A stretch of DNA of 64,000 nucleotides from Squalus acanthias (taxonomy: Eukaryota): assembly GCA_030390025.1 (NCBI GenBank), contig JASTWF010000355.1, positions 248,001 to 312,000 of the forward strand. The letters run 5' to 3'. A program made the position numbers and the translations under genes. Position 1 is the first letter of the stretch. The number at the start of each line of letters is the position of its first letter. This document shows, piece by piece, positions 11,145-25,566 of this stretch. Under the pieces are notes generated by a model. The model worked only from the letters and a program-made list of their open reading frames with translations, was not told the origin of the DNA and made no database searches.

Positions 11145-14100
11145 GTCCGGTGACTCGTTCTACCGGTTATCAGCTTTGCTGGTCACTGACTTCTGGTTTT
11201 ACTTTCTCTCCACCACTTTGATCTACGGTGACCTCCAACTTGCGTCAATTTAGCCATCATCAACTTTCTGCATCGCTACCGACTCTCATTCCGACGGCAA
11301 CCACCACAATTCTGGAACTCTCTACTTTTCAAATATCTTCTGGATTTCACTCACCTGCTTTGGACAGCGGACCGTCGATGCTCTGTACCAGCCCTATCCT
11401 GCTTACGTCGCCTTTGTCCTTCCGTGGGACCTCTGACTTTTACCCTTGTCAAATTACTATTGTCCCCAACCTATTCCCTGCTACCAGGAAATATGTATTC
11501 CAGTAATTATTACACTTAAACAGGACTATGTAACCTGAGCTTTTCCCATGTCCATTCGCATGCGCACTTTGGCAGCCGCTCCGGACCCGAGCCATTTCAC
11601 TTTTTCCCCCTATTTTACTTTTCTCTTTATCCTTCCCTGACAGCACTCTCCTGTCGTCCTGCCTTCTTTCCTCTCTCCTCTCTCGGATACACTGCCCTCC
11701 CAAATCCCTACCCCAATCATACATTACTCTTCGACCTTCCTACTCTCCTGCCGCTGGCACAGGCTTGACTCCCTCTTATAAAAGCCCACAGCTTCCCTCT
11801 GCGCCTCTCTTGAAATCCTACGAAGGGCCCATCGAGGCTCTCGTTGCTGCCGCTTTACGAGCAACATCCCCAACTGACCCATCCAACTTACTCGCCGACC
11901 TTCCCGCCCAACGCGCCCACTGGGGGCAGTTCTTGGCAGCTCCTCCCCATCCATCTAATTCCAGCGCTGACCCTGTGGACTCTGGCAGTGGTCAGCCATC
12001 ACCGAACCTCTCTGCATCTCCCTCCAGAATGTCCATTCACTTGCGAACAGGACCCTTGCCATCCATGAGCTTATTGTTGGTGACTGCATCGATATCATGG
12101 CACTGACGGAAACTTGATTGAGGGGTAATGACACTTTAACCTTAAATGAAGCCTCCCTGCCTGGCTATACCTTCCACCACTTGCCCCGCTCAGACCGCCA
12201 TGTTGGCGGTGTGGCTCTCGTCACCAAATCACACCTTCGTCTGTCCCCCTATTCCACCGGCAGTTTCTCCTCCTTTGAGCATCTCACCTTATTCCACCCC
12301 TCTCACCTCTCATTTAAAATTCTTGTTCGCTACCGCCCACCAAAGTACCATAAAAATTTTATTACTGAGATATCTTCACTGTTCTCCTTCCTCAGCCTCT
12401 GCAACGAAAGGCACCTCATCCTCGGTGATTTCAAACTCCATCTCAATTCATCATGCTCTCTCTCCTCTGAGTTCACCAGCCTCCTATCCTCCCTTTATCA
12501 CTACCTCCATGTAAACTCCCCAACCCATATTCAGGGCCATCCCCTCGACCTTGCCATCTCTCGTGGCCTCGCTACTCCCATCATGTCAATTGCAGATCAG
12601 GCCATCTCTGACTATTTCCTCGTATCGGTCTCCACCCACATCACCCTTCCACCTCCCTCCAACCCTAACTTCTGTGCTAGCCCCTGGAAAAAACTATTTC
12701 CATTCTCTCTCACAGCTGCACTTATGAAATCCCAATTGTCCAGGATCTGGCACTCCAGTTACCATGATATTTCTGCAGCTACCGATCTGCTCAATCACCA
12801 CCACCTTTGATGCCCTTGTCCGTACTAAAACAATTACCATCTGTACCCTGGCCGTTCCCCCTGGTACCGCTCTCATCTTCACTCCCTTAAGTCCAAGGGA
12901 CGCAGACTTGAAAGGATATGGTGGACCACTGGGTTAGCCATTCACCGCCAGATTTGGCTGGACCACATAAAGCATTATCGGCTCCTGCTCTCGTCTGATA
13001 AAATTGCTCACTATTCCAGAAATATTCTTGAATGCACAGATAAACCCCAGCTCCTAATCTTCACTGCTAACCATCTTCTTAAACCCTTCCCCCCTGTCTC
13101 CTCCACCCTCACCTCCGACATCAATTGTGAGGAGCTCATGCACTTCTTTGTCTCTAAGAATGAGACCATCCTTTCAGCTGCCTCTGCCATTTTCCTTCCT
13201 ATGGGGAGAGAGTGCGAATATGGTATTGAGATAGAGGTTCAACCATGATCATATTGAATGGCAGGGCAGTCTCGAAGGGCCGATTGGCATACTCCTGCTC
13301 CTATTGTTCTATGTTTTTCTATGTTTCTTCCCATAGCCCACTCGGCCAAACTGCATAAGGTTCTCCCCTGCCCTCGTCCTGAACTCACAGCATTCTCCAG
13401 TTTCTCTCCGATCTCCCCTCATGAGCTGTCTGCGCTCACCTTGTTCATGTGACCCACCTCCTGCTCCCTCGACCCTATTACCATCAAACCGCTGACCACC
13501 CAACTTCTTTTTCAGGCTCCCAGGTTAGCTGGTATTATTAACGGTTCTCTCTCCTCAGATTCTGTACCCCTCTCCCTCAAACCTACCATCATCATCCCTC
13601 TCCTCAAAGAAAACAATCCTTTATCCCTCCGTCCTTGCAAACTACCGCCCCATCTCCAACTTCCCTTTCCTCTCCAATGTCCCTGAACGAGTAGTCGCCC
13701 ATCTTTCCCGCAATTCCACGTTTGAATCCCTCCAATCAGGTTTCGTCCCTTGCCATAGTACCGAAACGGCTCTCAGCAAATTCACAAATGACCTCCTTTG
13801 TGATTGTGACAAAGGTAAACTATCCCTCCTGGTCCTGCTTGACTTGTCTGCAGCATTTGACACGGTTGCATACTCCATCCTTCTCCATCGCCTCTCCACC
13901 GTCGTCCAGCTGGGCGGGACTGCGCTCGCCTGGTTCTATTCTTATCTGTCTAATCATAGCCAGAGAATCACCTGCAACGGCTTCTCTTCCCGCTCCCGCA
14001 TCGTTACCTCTTGTGTCCCCACAGGATCTATCCCTGGCCCCTCCTATTTCTCATCTGCAGGCTGTCCCTTCGTGACATCAACCGTAAACACAGCGTCAGT

Positions 14101-15040
14101 TTCCACCTGGACGCTGCCGACACTTAGCTCTCCCTCACCACCACTTCTCTCGACCCCTCCGCGTTCTCTAAATTGACAGACTGATTGTCCGAAATACAGT
14201 TCTGGATGAGCAAAAATGTTCTCCAATTAAATATTGGGAAGACCAAAGCCATTGTTTTCGGCCCCCACCACAAACTCCATTCCGTAGCCACTGACTTCAG
14301 CCCTCTCCCTAACATATGTCTGAGGCTGATCCACACTGTTCGCAAACTTGGTGTCATATTTAACAGTGAAATGTGCTGCCGGCCACATATCCGCAGCATA
14401 ACAAAAACCGCATAATTTTACATCGTCCGTCTCCAACCTTGCCTCAGCTCATCCGCTGCTGAAACACTCATCCATGCCTTTGCTACCTCCCGACTTGATT
14501 ATTCCAACGCAACTCCTGGTTGGCCACCCACATTCCACCATAATTGAGGTCAGCCATAACTCGGCTGCCCGTGTCCAAACTCCCGTTCACCGATCTCCCC
14601 TGTGCTCGCTGACCTATGTTGGCTCCAGGTTGAGCAGCGCCTCGATTTTAAAATTCTCATTCATGTTTTCACATCCATCCATGGCCTCACCCCTTCTTAG
14701 CTCTGAAATCGGCTTAAGCCCCACAATCCCCCGAGATATCTGCGCTCCTCTAATTCTGCCCTCTTGAGCATCCCTGCTTATAATCGTTCAGCCTTTGTGG
14801 CCATGCCTAAGCACAAAGCTCTTTAATTCCTCCCTAAACCTCTCCGCCTCGCTTCTTCTTGTTGCTCCTTTAAGACGCTCCTTAAAGCCGACCTCTTTGG
14901 CCAAGCTTTAAGCCACCGGCCCTAATTTCTCCTTATGTTGCTCGGTCTCCATTTATTTGTCTTACAAGACATCCTGTGCAGCGCCTTGGTACGTTTTACT
15001 ACGTTAAAGGCGTAATATAAATACAAAGTTGTTGTTGTTT
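11145..15040 (+). mobile_element. Long L2 LINE (APE endonuclease + RT ORF2, disrupted)
   Basis: APE motifs (YRPP, ILGDF, LDL, SDY) in 12118..12810 and RT motifs (YRPISN, DLSAAFDTV). L2 3' end aaaggcgtaatataaatacaaag(ttg)n. Confidence 0.9.
13200..13326 (+). mobile_element. CR1/HE1-type 3' tail fragment inserted in the L2
   Basis: tcgaagggccga..tactcctgctcctattgttctatgtttttctatgtttc matches the tail at 19376-19432. Confidence 0.8.
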
Positions 15041-17629
15041 TTAATTCCCTCCACCTTCCAACAAATCCATCTTTTTGACTGAGCTGTTGGTCGCCACTCC
15101 TACTGTCTCCTACTTTAGTCCGGGCTCTATTTGTTTCTCATTATACTTTGGAGAAATGCCCTTGGCGATGTTGTCCTACGTTAAAGGTGCTAACTTAATG
15201 CAAGTGTTGTTGTTGTATTACACTGTCATCCACTCTTATCTTTCATATACACAATGTGAGGTACAGACATGATCCCTACTTTAACTTGAATCCATTTTTT
15301 CCCTGTGGCTTTTGGGATATCCCTCCATAATCCATCACATCCTGATCACAAGGAAGGATTCCAAGATTACAGTTTTGATCAATAGCCTTGGCCAATTTAT
15401 CGAACGTGCCCCTTGTGATTGAAGTTACTTCTGAAGCTAAATAAATAAAAGCCTCACAACTATATCTTTCATGTAAAGCTGTTTTTACATAAAACCTCTC
15501 ACCTTTCGGAATAAGCTTTCCGAGGTAGACTTTATGTTTCTTTAATTCTGTCAATTCTAAACCTTTATCTTGGCTGGCGTCCACGGTTACCTGTTTGGAC
15601 TGATTGCGATTTAACAGGAACCTTTGCAATCCACCTGTCATCTTACCTCCTAAAATAGTTTCCAGATGCTGCTCAGTGAAATTGGCTTGCTGTCCTCTCT
15701 ATGATCTTCAGAAAAATGTGGGCTTCTTTACCGACTATAACTTTGACGATATTGGTAATATCCCGTTTGGTATAATTTCTGTTTCTCCAATACGAGATCT
15801 CAGACTGCCAATATTGTTGGGTTGACTTGAGGGACTTGTTTTGTCTACTGTCCTGCCACTTTTTCCTATTTATTGTAGATTGAAGGTTTAATTTTCCGCC
15901 TTCCATTTCAATGGAAGGCTGCTCAAAAATCTCACTCAGTTTATATCAGGTTCCATTGATTTATTTTCTTTCACTTCTTAACTTTTCAGCATTACAGAAT
16001 TCAAGACGCTGAAATTATCCGTTCAATGATTGGTTCACATTTCCACATCCCGAGTAAGTATAGGTTTAGTTCTACAGGGTAAGGAGTGAAAGTATAGGGT
16101 CCAAAATTATCTATCCACACGTTGGAGTGTTCCCTTCATCTGACATACACAGATTTAAATCTATTAACATAATTCTTAGCGGATGCCACCGGTTTGCTTG
16201 ACATTGCAACAGCTGTTGTTACTGCTGCAGTGTTGCTCCGGTACAGACCAAAATTTCTGCACAATATTATGTGAACGGCTTCTATGGATTATTTACCCTT
16301 TAATGGTAACTGATCAGACCACTCACTATATTCTTTAAATAATCAAACTACTCTCTATATTCTTTAAATGATCAAACCACTCTCTACATTCATTAACTGA
16401 TCAAACCAATCGATATATTAATTAAGTGATCAAACCATTGGCTATATTCATTCACGTATCAAACCACTCTTTATATTCATTAACAGTCAAACCAATCTCT
16501 ATATTCATTAACTTATCAAACCACTCTCTATATCCATTAACTGATCAAACCATTCTCTATATTAATTAACCGATCAAACCAGTCTCTATATTAATTAACT
16601 GAACAAAACATTCTCTATTTTCTTTAACTGATCAAACCAATCTCTATATTCATTAACTGATCAAACCACTCTCTATATTCATTCACTGATCAAACCACTC
16701 TCTATATTCATTAACAGATTAAACCTGTTTCTCTATTCATTAACTGATCAAACCACTCTCTATGTTTATTAACTGATCAAACCACTCTCTATATTCATTA
16801 ACTGATCAAACCACTCTCTATGTTTATTAACTGATCAAACCACCCTCTATATTCATTAACTGATCAAACCACTCTCTATATTCATTAACTGATCAAACCA
16901 CTCTCTATATTCATTAACTGATCAAACCACTCTCTATATTCATTAACTGATCAAATCATTCTCTATAATCCTTAACTGATCCAACCACTCTCTGTATTCA
17001 TTAACTGATCAAACCACTCTCTATATTCATTAACTGATCAAATCAGCCTCTATATTCATTAACTGATCAAACGACTCTCTATATTCATTAACTGATCAAA
17101 CCACTCTCTATGTTTATTAACTGATCAAACCACTCTCTATATCCATTAACTGATCAAACCACTCTCTATATTCATTAACTGATCAAACCACTCTCTATAT
17201 TCATTAACTGATCAAACCACTCTCTATATTCATTAACTGATCAAATCATTCTCTATAATCCTTAACTGATCCAACCACTCTCTGTATTCATTAACTGATC
17301 AAACCACTCTCTATATTCATTAACTGATCAAATCATTCTCTATATTCATTAACTGATCAAACCACTCTCTATATTCATTAACTGATCAAACCACTCTCTA
17401 TAATCTTTAACTGATCCAACCACTCTCTGTATTCATTAACTGATCAAACCACTCTCTATATTCATTAACTGATCAAACATCTCTCTATATTCATAATCAG
17501 ATCAAACCACTCTCTATATTCATTAACTGATCAAACCACTCTCTGTTTTCATTAACTGATCAAATCACTCTCTATATTCATTAACTGATCAAACCACTCT
17601 CTATATTCGCTAACAGATCAAACCACTCA

Positions 17630-19432
17630 CATTGCAGTCAGATACGGGGGAATATATAAAGGGAAATAAGGAAATGGCAGACCAACTAAATGCATACTTT
17701 GGGTCAGTCTTTACGAAGGAAGACACAAAAAACCTCCCTGGGATATCGGGAAAAATAGGGACATTTGCAAAGGAGGAACTGACGCAAATCGATATCTCTA
17801 AGGATATGGTGTTAAGGAAGCTAAAGGGATTGAAGGCGGACAAATCCCCAGGGCCTGATAACATGCATCCTAGGGTGCTGAAGGAGGTGGCCCTAGAGAT
17901 AGCGGATGCACTAAGTATGATTTTTCAGAATTCATTAGACTCGGGAACAGTGCCCATGGATTGGAGATTAGCTAACGTTACCCCACTATTCAAAAAGGGG
18001 GGTAGGGAAAAAGCAGGTAATTACAGACCTGTAAGCCTTACATCAGTTGTGGGCAAAATGCTGGAGTCCATCATTAAGGATGAAATAGCGGAGCACTTAG
18101 CAAATGGGGACAGGATAGGACAGAGTCAACATGGATTTACAAAGGGTAAATCGTGCTTGACTAATCTATTGGAATTTTTTGAGGGAGTAACTGGTAAAAT
18201 AGATGGGGGAGAGCCAGTAGATGTGGTGTACCTGGACTTCCAAAAGGCCTTCGATAAGGTCCCACATAAAAGATTAGCAGGGAAAATTGAAGCTCATGGG
18301 ATAAAGGGGAAAGTATTGACGTGGATAGAGAACTGGCTGTCAGATAGAAAACAGAGAGTTGGAATAAACGGCTCATTTTCTGAATGGCAGGCAGTAACAA
18401 GTGGGGTACCGCAGGGATCTGTCCTGGGTCCCCAGCTGTTCACAATTTACATTAATGACCTGGATCAGGGAGTCGGATGCAGCATTTCCAAATTTGCAGA
18501 CGACACTAAACTAGGAGGGGGGGTGGGCTCAGAGGAGGAGACCAGGAAGCTCCAGAGCGATTTGCACAGACTGGGTGATTGGGCGGATAAATGGCAGATG
18601 CACTATAATGTAGACAAGTGCGAAGTTATCCACCTTGGGTGCAGGAACGGGAGGGCAAATTATTATTTAAATGGCAATAAATTCGGAGAGGGGGAAGTAC
18701 AGAGAGACCTGGGTGTTCTTGTACACCAGTCACTGAAGGCGAGCATGCAGGTGCAACAGGCGGTCAAGAAGGCAAACGGTATGCTGGCCTTCATAGCAAA
18801 AGGGTTGGAATACAGGAACAGGGATACCTTGCTGCAGCTGTACAGGGCACTGGTGAGACCACACCTCGAGTACTGTGTACAGTTTTGGTCGCCTCATCTG
18901 AGGAAAGATGTTCTTGCCATGGAGGGGGTGCAACGGCGATTCACCAGGCTGATACCAGGAATGGCGGGATTGACCTATGAGGAGAGACTATGTAGTTTAG
19001 GGATGTACACACTGGAGTTTAGAAGATTGAGAGGGGACCTCATAGAAGTGTATAAAATTCTGACAGGTCTAGACAGACTAGATGCAGAAGGAATGTTTCC
19101 CTTGGCGGGTGAGAACAGAACTAGAGGACATAATTTAAGGATAAGGGCTAAACCATTTAGGACAGAAATGAGGGGGAATTTCTTCACTCAGAGGGTGGTG
19201 AACCTGTGGAACTCATTGCCACAGAGGGCAGTGTACGCCAGCTCATTAAATATATTTAAGAGGGAATTAGATATATTTCTACAGGCAAAAGGGGTTAAGG
19301 GTTACGGAGAGAAGGCGGGGACGGGATACTGAATTGGAGGATCAGCCATGTTCTCATTAAATGGCGGAGCAGGCTCGAAGGGCCGGATGGCCTACTCCTG
19401 CTCCTATCTTCTATGTATCTATGTATCTATGT
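17630..19432 (+). mobile_element. Young 5'-truncated CR1 (HER1-like) LINE with an uninterrupted 566-aa RT ORF
   Basis: ORF 17632..19332 has KSPGPD, YRPVSLTS, DFQKAFDKV, GVPQGSVLGP, FADD and the CR1 C-terminus. 3' UTR ends in (CTATGTAT)n. Confidence 0.97.
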
Positions 19433-19551
19433 ACATTCATTAACTGATCAAACCACTCACTATATTCATTAACTGATCAAACCACTCTCTATGTTTATTA
19501 ACTGAACAATCCACTTCCTGTATTCATTAACTGATCAAACCACTCTCTATA

Positions 19552-20194
19552 CGATAGCAAAATACTGCGGATGCTGGAAATCCGAAACAACCACAGAAAA
19601 CGCCAGAAAAACTCAGCAGGCCAGGCATCATCCGTGGAGAGAGAAAGAATTAACGTTTCAGGTCGATGACCTTTCTTCAGAACTGGGATGAGCCGGAAAT
19701 CAAATAGATTTAAGGGTGGGTAAAGCTGGGAAAAGGGGGAGGGGATAAAGGAACAAAGGGGGAGATGAAGAGACATTAAGAGACATTAAGAGATATGCAA
19801 GGCTAGAGGTGGTGTTAATGTGACAGATTAAGGCTGAAAGAAGTGTGAAATCCACAGGCAGAAAGAAGGACAGCTACCAGCTTCTAGGAGGAAAAGAAAG
19901 GTGGGGGGGGCAAATAAAAGGGTGGAAAAAATAAAATATAAATGTGATTGGAGTTGAGGTTACGATCTAAAATTGTTGAACTCGACATTGAGTCCAGAGG
20001 GCTGTAGCGTGCCTAAACGAAAGATGAGGTGCTGTTCCTCGAGCTTACGCTGCGCTTCCGTGGAAGAGTGTAATAGGCCGAGGACGTTGAGGTCAGAGTG
20101 GGAGTGAAGCGGTGAATTAAAGTGACAGGCGACCTTGAGCTCGGGGTCCCCCTTACGGACTGAACGGAGGTGTTCCGCAAAACGGTCACGAAGC
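19552..20194 (-). mobile_element. Penelope-like 3' fragment, family 1, copy 1 (hammerhead at ~19647-19685)
   Basis: Encodes RFAEHLRSVRK..VACHFNS..H..KLEEQHLIFRLGTLQPSGLN (GIY-YIG C-terminus), followed by CTGAAGA AAGGTC atc GACCT GAAAC. Confidence 0.9.
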
Positions 20195-21801
20195 AAACCA
20201 CTCTCTATATTCATTAACTGAAGAAACCACTCTCTATATTCATTAACTGATCAAACCACTCTCTATTCATTAACTGATCAAATCATTCCCAATATTCATT
20301 AACAGGACAAACCACTCTGTATATTGATTAACTGATCAAATCATTCTCTGTATTCATTAACTGATCAAACCACTCTCTATATTCATTAACTGATCAAATC
20401 ATTCTCTATTCTCATTAACTGATCAAACCATTCTCTTTATTCATTAACTGAACAAACCACTCTCTATATTCATTAACTGATCACACCACTCTCTTTATTC
20501 ATTAACTGATCAAACCACTCTCTATATTCATTAACTGATCAAACCAATCTCTATATTCATTATCTGATCAAACAACTCTCTATATTCATTAACTGATCAA
20601 ACCACTCTCTATATTCATTAACTGATCCAACCTCTCTCTATATTCATTAACTGATCAAAACACTCTCTATATTCATTAACTGATCAAACCAATCTCTATA
20701 TTCATTAACTAATCAAACCACACTCTATATTCATTAACTGATCAAACCACTCTCTATATTCATTAACTGATCAAACCATTTTCTATAATCATTAACTGAT
20801 CAAAACACTCTCTATATTCATTAACTGATCAAACCACTCTCTATATTAATTAATAGATCAAACCACTCTCTATATACATTAACTGATCAAACCACTCTCT
20901 ATATTCATTAACTAATCAAACCACTCTCTATATTCATTAACTGATCAAACCACTCTCTATATTCATTAACTGATCAAAACACTCTCTATATGAATTAACT
21001 GATCAAACCACTCTCTATATTCCTTGACTGATCAAACCACTCTCTATATTCATTAACTGATCAAACCACTCTCTACATTCATTAACTGATCAAACCACTC
21101 TCTGTATTCATTGACTGATCAAAACACTCTCTCTGCTCATTAACTGATCAAACCACTCTCTATATTCATCAACTGATCAAACCACTCTCTATATTCATGA
21201 ACTGATCAAACCACTCTCTATATTAATTAATTGATCAAACCACTCTCTATATTCATTAACTGATCAAACCACTCTCTATATTCATTAACTGATCAAACCA
21301 CTGTCTATATTCGCTAACTGATCAAACCACTCTCTATATTCATTAACTGATCAAACCACTCTCTATATTCATTAACTGATCAAACCAATCTCGATATTCA
21401 TTAACTGATCAAACCAATCTCTATATTGATTAACTGATCAAATCATTCTCTTTATTCATTAAATGATCTAACCACTCTCTATATTACTTAACTGAACAAA
21501 ACATTCTCTATTTTCTTTAACAAATCAAACCACTCTCTATATACATAAACTGATCAAATCACTCTCTAAATTCATTAACTGATCAAACCACTCTCTATAT
21601 TCATTAACTGATAGAACCGTCTCTATATTCATTAGCTGATCAAACCACTCTTTGTATTCATTAACAGATTAAACCTCTTTCTATATTCATTAACTGATCA
21701 CACCCCTCTATATATTCATCAACTGATCAAACCACTCTCTATGTTTATTAACTGAACAATCCGCTCCCTGTATTAATTAACTGATCAAACCACTCTCTAT
21801 A

Positions 21802-22446
21802 CGATAGCAAAATAATGCGGATGCTGGAAATCCAAAACAAAAACAGAAAACGCCGGAAAAACTCAGCAGGCCATGCAACATCCGTGGAGAGAGAAAGAGT
21901 TAACGTTTCAGGTCGATGATCTTTCTTCAGAACTGGGAAGAGCCGGAAATCAAATAGATTTAAGGGTGGGTAAAGCTGTGAAAAAGGGGAGGGGATAAAG
22001 GAACAAAGGGGGAGATGAAGAGACTTTAAGAGACATTAAGAGATATGCAAGGCTACAGGTGGTGTTAATGTGAAAGATTAAGGCTGAAAGAAGTGTGAAA
22101 TCCACAGACAGAAAGAAGGACAGCTACCAGATTCTAGGAGGAAAAAAAAGGTGGGGGGGGTGGCAAATAAAAGGGTGGAAAAAAAACTATAAATGTGATT
22201 GGAGTTGAGGTTACGATCTAAAATTGTTGAACTCGACATTGGGTCCAGAGGGCTGTAGCGTGCCTAAACGAAAGATGAGGTGCTGTTCCTCGAGCTTACG
22301 CTGCGCTTCCGTGGAAGAGTGTAATAGGCCGAGGATGGTGAGGTCAGAGTGGGAGTGAAGCGGTGAATTACAGTGACAGGCGACCTTGAGCTCGGGGTCC
22401 CCCTTACGGACTGAACGTAGGTGTTCCGCAAAGCGGTCACGCAAGC
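21802..22446 (-). mobile_element. Penelope-like 3' fragment, family 1, copy 2
   Basis: Near-identical to copy 1 with the same satellite junctions. Confidence 0.9.
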
Positions 22447-24920
22447 AAACCACTCTCTACATTCATTAACTGATGAAACCACTCTCTATATTCATTAACT
22501 GATCAAATCATTCTCTATATTCATTAACTAATCAAAGCATTCTATATATTAATTAACTGATCAAACCACTCTCTTTATTCATTAACTGATCAAACCACTC
22601 TCTATATTAATTAATTGATCAAACCACTCTCTATATTCATTAACTGATCAAACCACTCTCTATATTCATTAACTGATCAAACCATTCTCTATATTCATTA
22701 ACTGATCAAACCATTCTCTATATTCATTAACTCATCAAAACACTCTCTATATTCATTAACTGATCAAACCACTCTCAATGTTCATTAACTGATCAAACCA
22801 TTCTCTATATTCATTAACTGAACAAAACACTCTCTATATTCATTAACTGATCAAACCATTCTCTATATTCATTAACTGATCAAAACACTCTCTATATTCA
22901 TTAACTGATCAAACCATCCTCTATATTCATTAACTGATCAAAACACTCTCTATATTCATTAACTGATCAAACCACTCTCTATATTAATTAATTGATCAAA
23001 CCACTCTCTATATTAATAACAAATCAAACCACTCTCTATATTCATTAACTGATCAAACCACTCTCTATATTCATTAACTGTTCAAACCACTCTCTATATT
23101 CATTAACTGATCAAACCACTCTCTATATTCGCTAACTGATCAAACCACTCTCTATATTCATTAACTGATCAACCCACTCTCTATATTCATTAACTGAACA
23201 AACCACTCTATATTCATTAACTGATCAAACCACTCTCTATATTCTTTAACTGATCAAACCACTCTCTATATTCATTAATTGATCAATTCGCTCTCTATAT
23301 TCATTAACTGATCAAATCACTCTCTATATTCAGTAACTGATCAAACCACTCTCTATATTCATGAACTGAACAAATCACTCTCTCGATTCATTTACTGATC
23401 AAATCACTCTCTATATTCATTAACTGATCAAATCACTCTCTCTATTCATTTACTGATCAAACCACTCTCTATATTCATTAACTGATCAAACCACTGTCTA
23501 TATTCATCAAATGATCAAATTTCTCTCTCTACTCATTAACTGATCAAACCACTATCTATAATCATTACTGATCAAACCACTCTCTATATTCATTAACTGA
23601 TCAAACCAGTCTCTACAGTCATTTACTGATCAAACCACTCTCTATATTCATTAACTGATCAAACCACTCTCGATATTCATTAACTGATCAAACCACTCTC
23701 TATATTCATTAACTGATCCAACCACTCTCTATATTCATTAACTGATCAAAACACTCTCTATATTCATTAACTGATCAAACCAATCTCTATATTCATTAAC
23801 TAATCAAAGCACTCTCTATATTCATTAACTGATCAAACCACTCTCTATATTCATTAACTGATCAAACCATTCTCTATAATCATTAACTGATCAAAACACT
23901 CTCTATATTCATTAACTGATCAAACCACTCACTATATTAATTAATTGATCAAACCACTCTCTATATACATTAACTGATCAAACCACTCTCTATATTCATT
24001 AACTAATCAAACCACTCTCTATATTCATTAACTGATCAAACCACTCTCTATATTCATTAACTGATCAAAACACTCTCGATATGAATTAACTGATCAAACC
24101 ACTCTCTATATTCCTTAACTGATCAAACCACTCTCTATATTCTTTAACTGATCAAACCACTCTCTGTATTCATTGACTGATCAAAACACTCTCTCTACTC
24201 ATTAACTGATCAAACCACTCTCTATATTCATCAACTGATCAAACCACTCTCTATATTAATTAATTGATCAAACCACTCTCTATATTCATTAACTGATCAA
24301 ACCACTCTCTATATTCATTAACTGATCAAAACACTGTCTATATTCGCTAACTGATCAAACCACTCTCTATATTCATTAACTGATCAAACCACTCTCTATA
24401 TTCATTAACTGATCAAACCAATCTCGATATTCATTAACTGATCAAACCAATCTCTATATTGATTAACTGATCAAATCATTCTCTATATTCATTAAATGAT
24501 CTAACCACTCTCTATATTACTTAACTGAACAAAACATTCTCTATTTTCTTTAACAAATCAAACAACTCTCTATATACATAACTGATCAAATCACTCTCTA
24601 AATTCATTAACTGATCAAACCACTCTCTATATTCATTAACTGATCAAACCAATCTCTATATTGATTAACTGATCAAATCATTCTCTATATTCATTAAATG
24701 ATCTAACCACTCTCTATATTCATTAACTGATAAAACCGTCTCTATATTCATTAGCTCATCAAACCACTCTCTGTATTCATTAACAGATTAAACCTCTTTC
24801 TATATTCATTAACTGATCACACCCCTCTATATGTTCATCAACTGATCAAACCACTCTCTATGTTTATTAACTGAACAATCCACTCCCTGTATTCATTAAC
24901 TGATCAAACCACTCTCTATA

Positions 24921-25566
24921 CGATAGCAAAATACTGCGGATGCTGGAAATCCGAAACAAAAACAGAAAACGCCGGAAAAACTCAGCAGGCCATGCAACAT
25001 CCGTGGAGAGAGAAAGAGTTAACGTTTCAGGTCGATGATCTTTCTTCAGAACTGGGAAGAGCCGGAAATCAAATATATTTAAGGGTGGGTAAAGCTGGGA
25101 AAAGGGGGAGGGGATAAAGGAACAAAGGGGGAGATGAAGAGACTTTAAGAGACATTAAGAGATATGCAAGGCTACAGGTGGTGTTAATGTGACAGATTAA
25201 GGCTGAAAGACGTGTGAAATCCACATACAGAAAGAAGGACAGCTACCAGATTCTAGGAGGAAAAAAAAGGTGGGGTGGGGGGGCAAATAAAAGGGTGGAA
25301 AAAAAACTATAAATGTGATTGGAGTTGAGGTTACGATCTAAAATTGTTGAACTCGACATTGTGTCCAGAGGGCTGTAGCGTGCCTAAACGAAAGATGAGG
25401 TGCTGTTCCTCGAGCTTACGCTGCGCTTCCGTGGAAGAGTGTAATAGGCCGAGGACGGTGAGTTCAGAGTGGGAGTGAAGCGGTGAATTAAAGTGACAGG
25501 CGACCGGGAGCTCGGGATCCCCCTTACGGACTGAACGTAGGTGTTCCGCAAAGCGGTCACGCAAGC
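24921..25566 (-). mobile_element. Penelope-like 3' fragment, family 1, copy 3
   Basis: Near-identical to copy 2 with the same satellite junctions. Confidence 0.9.
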
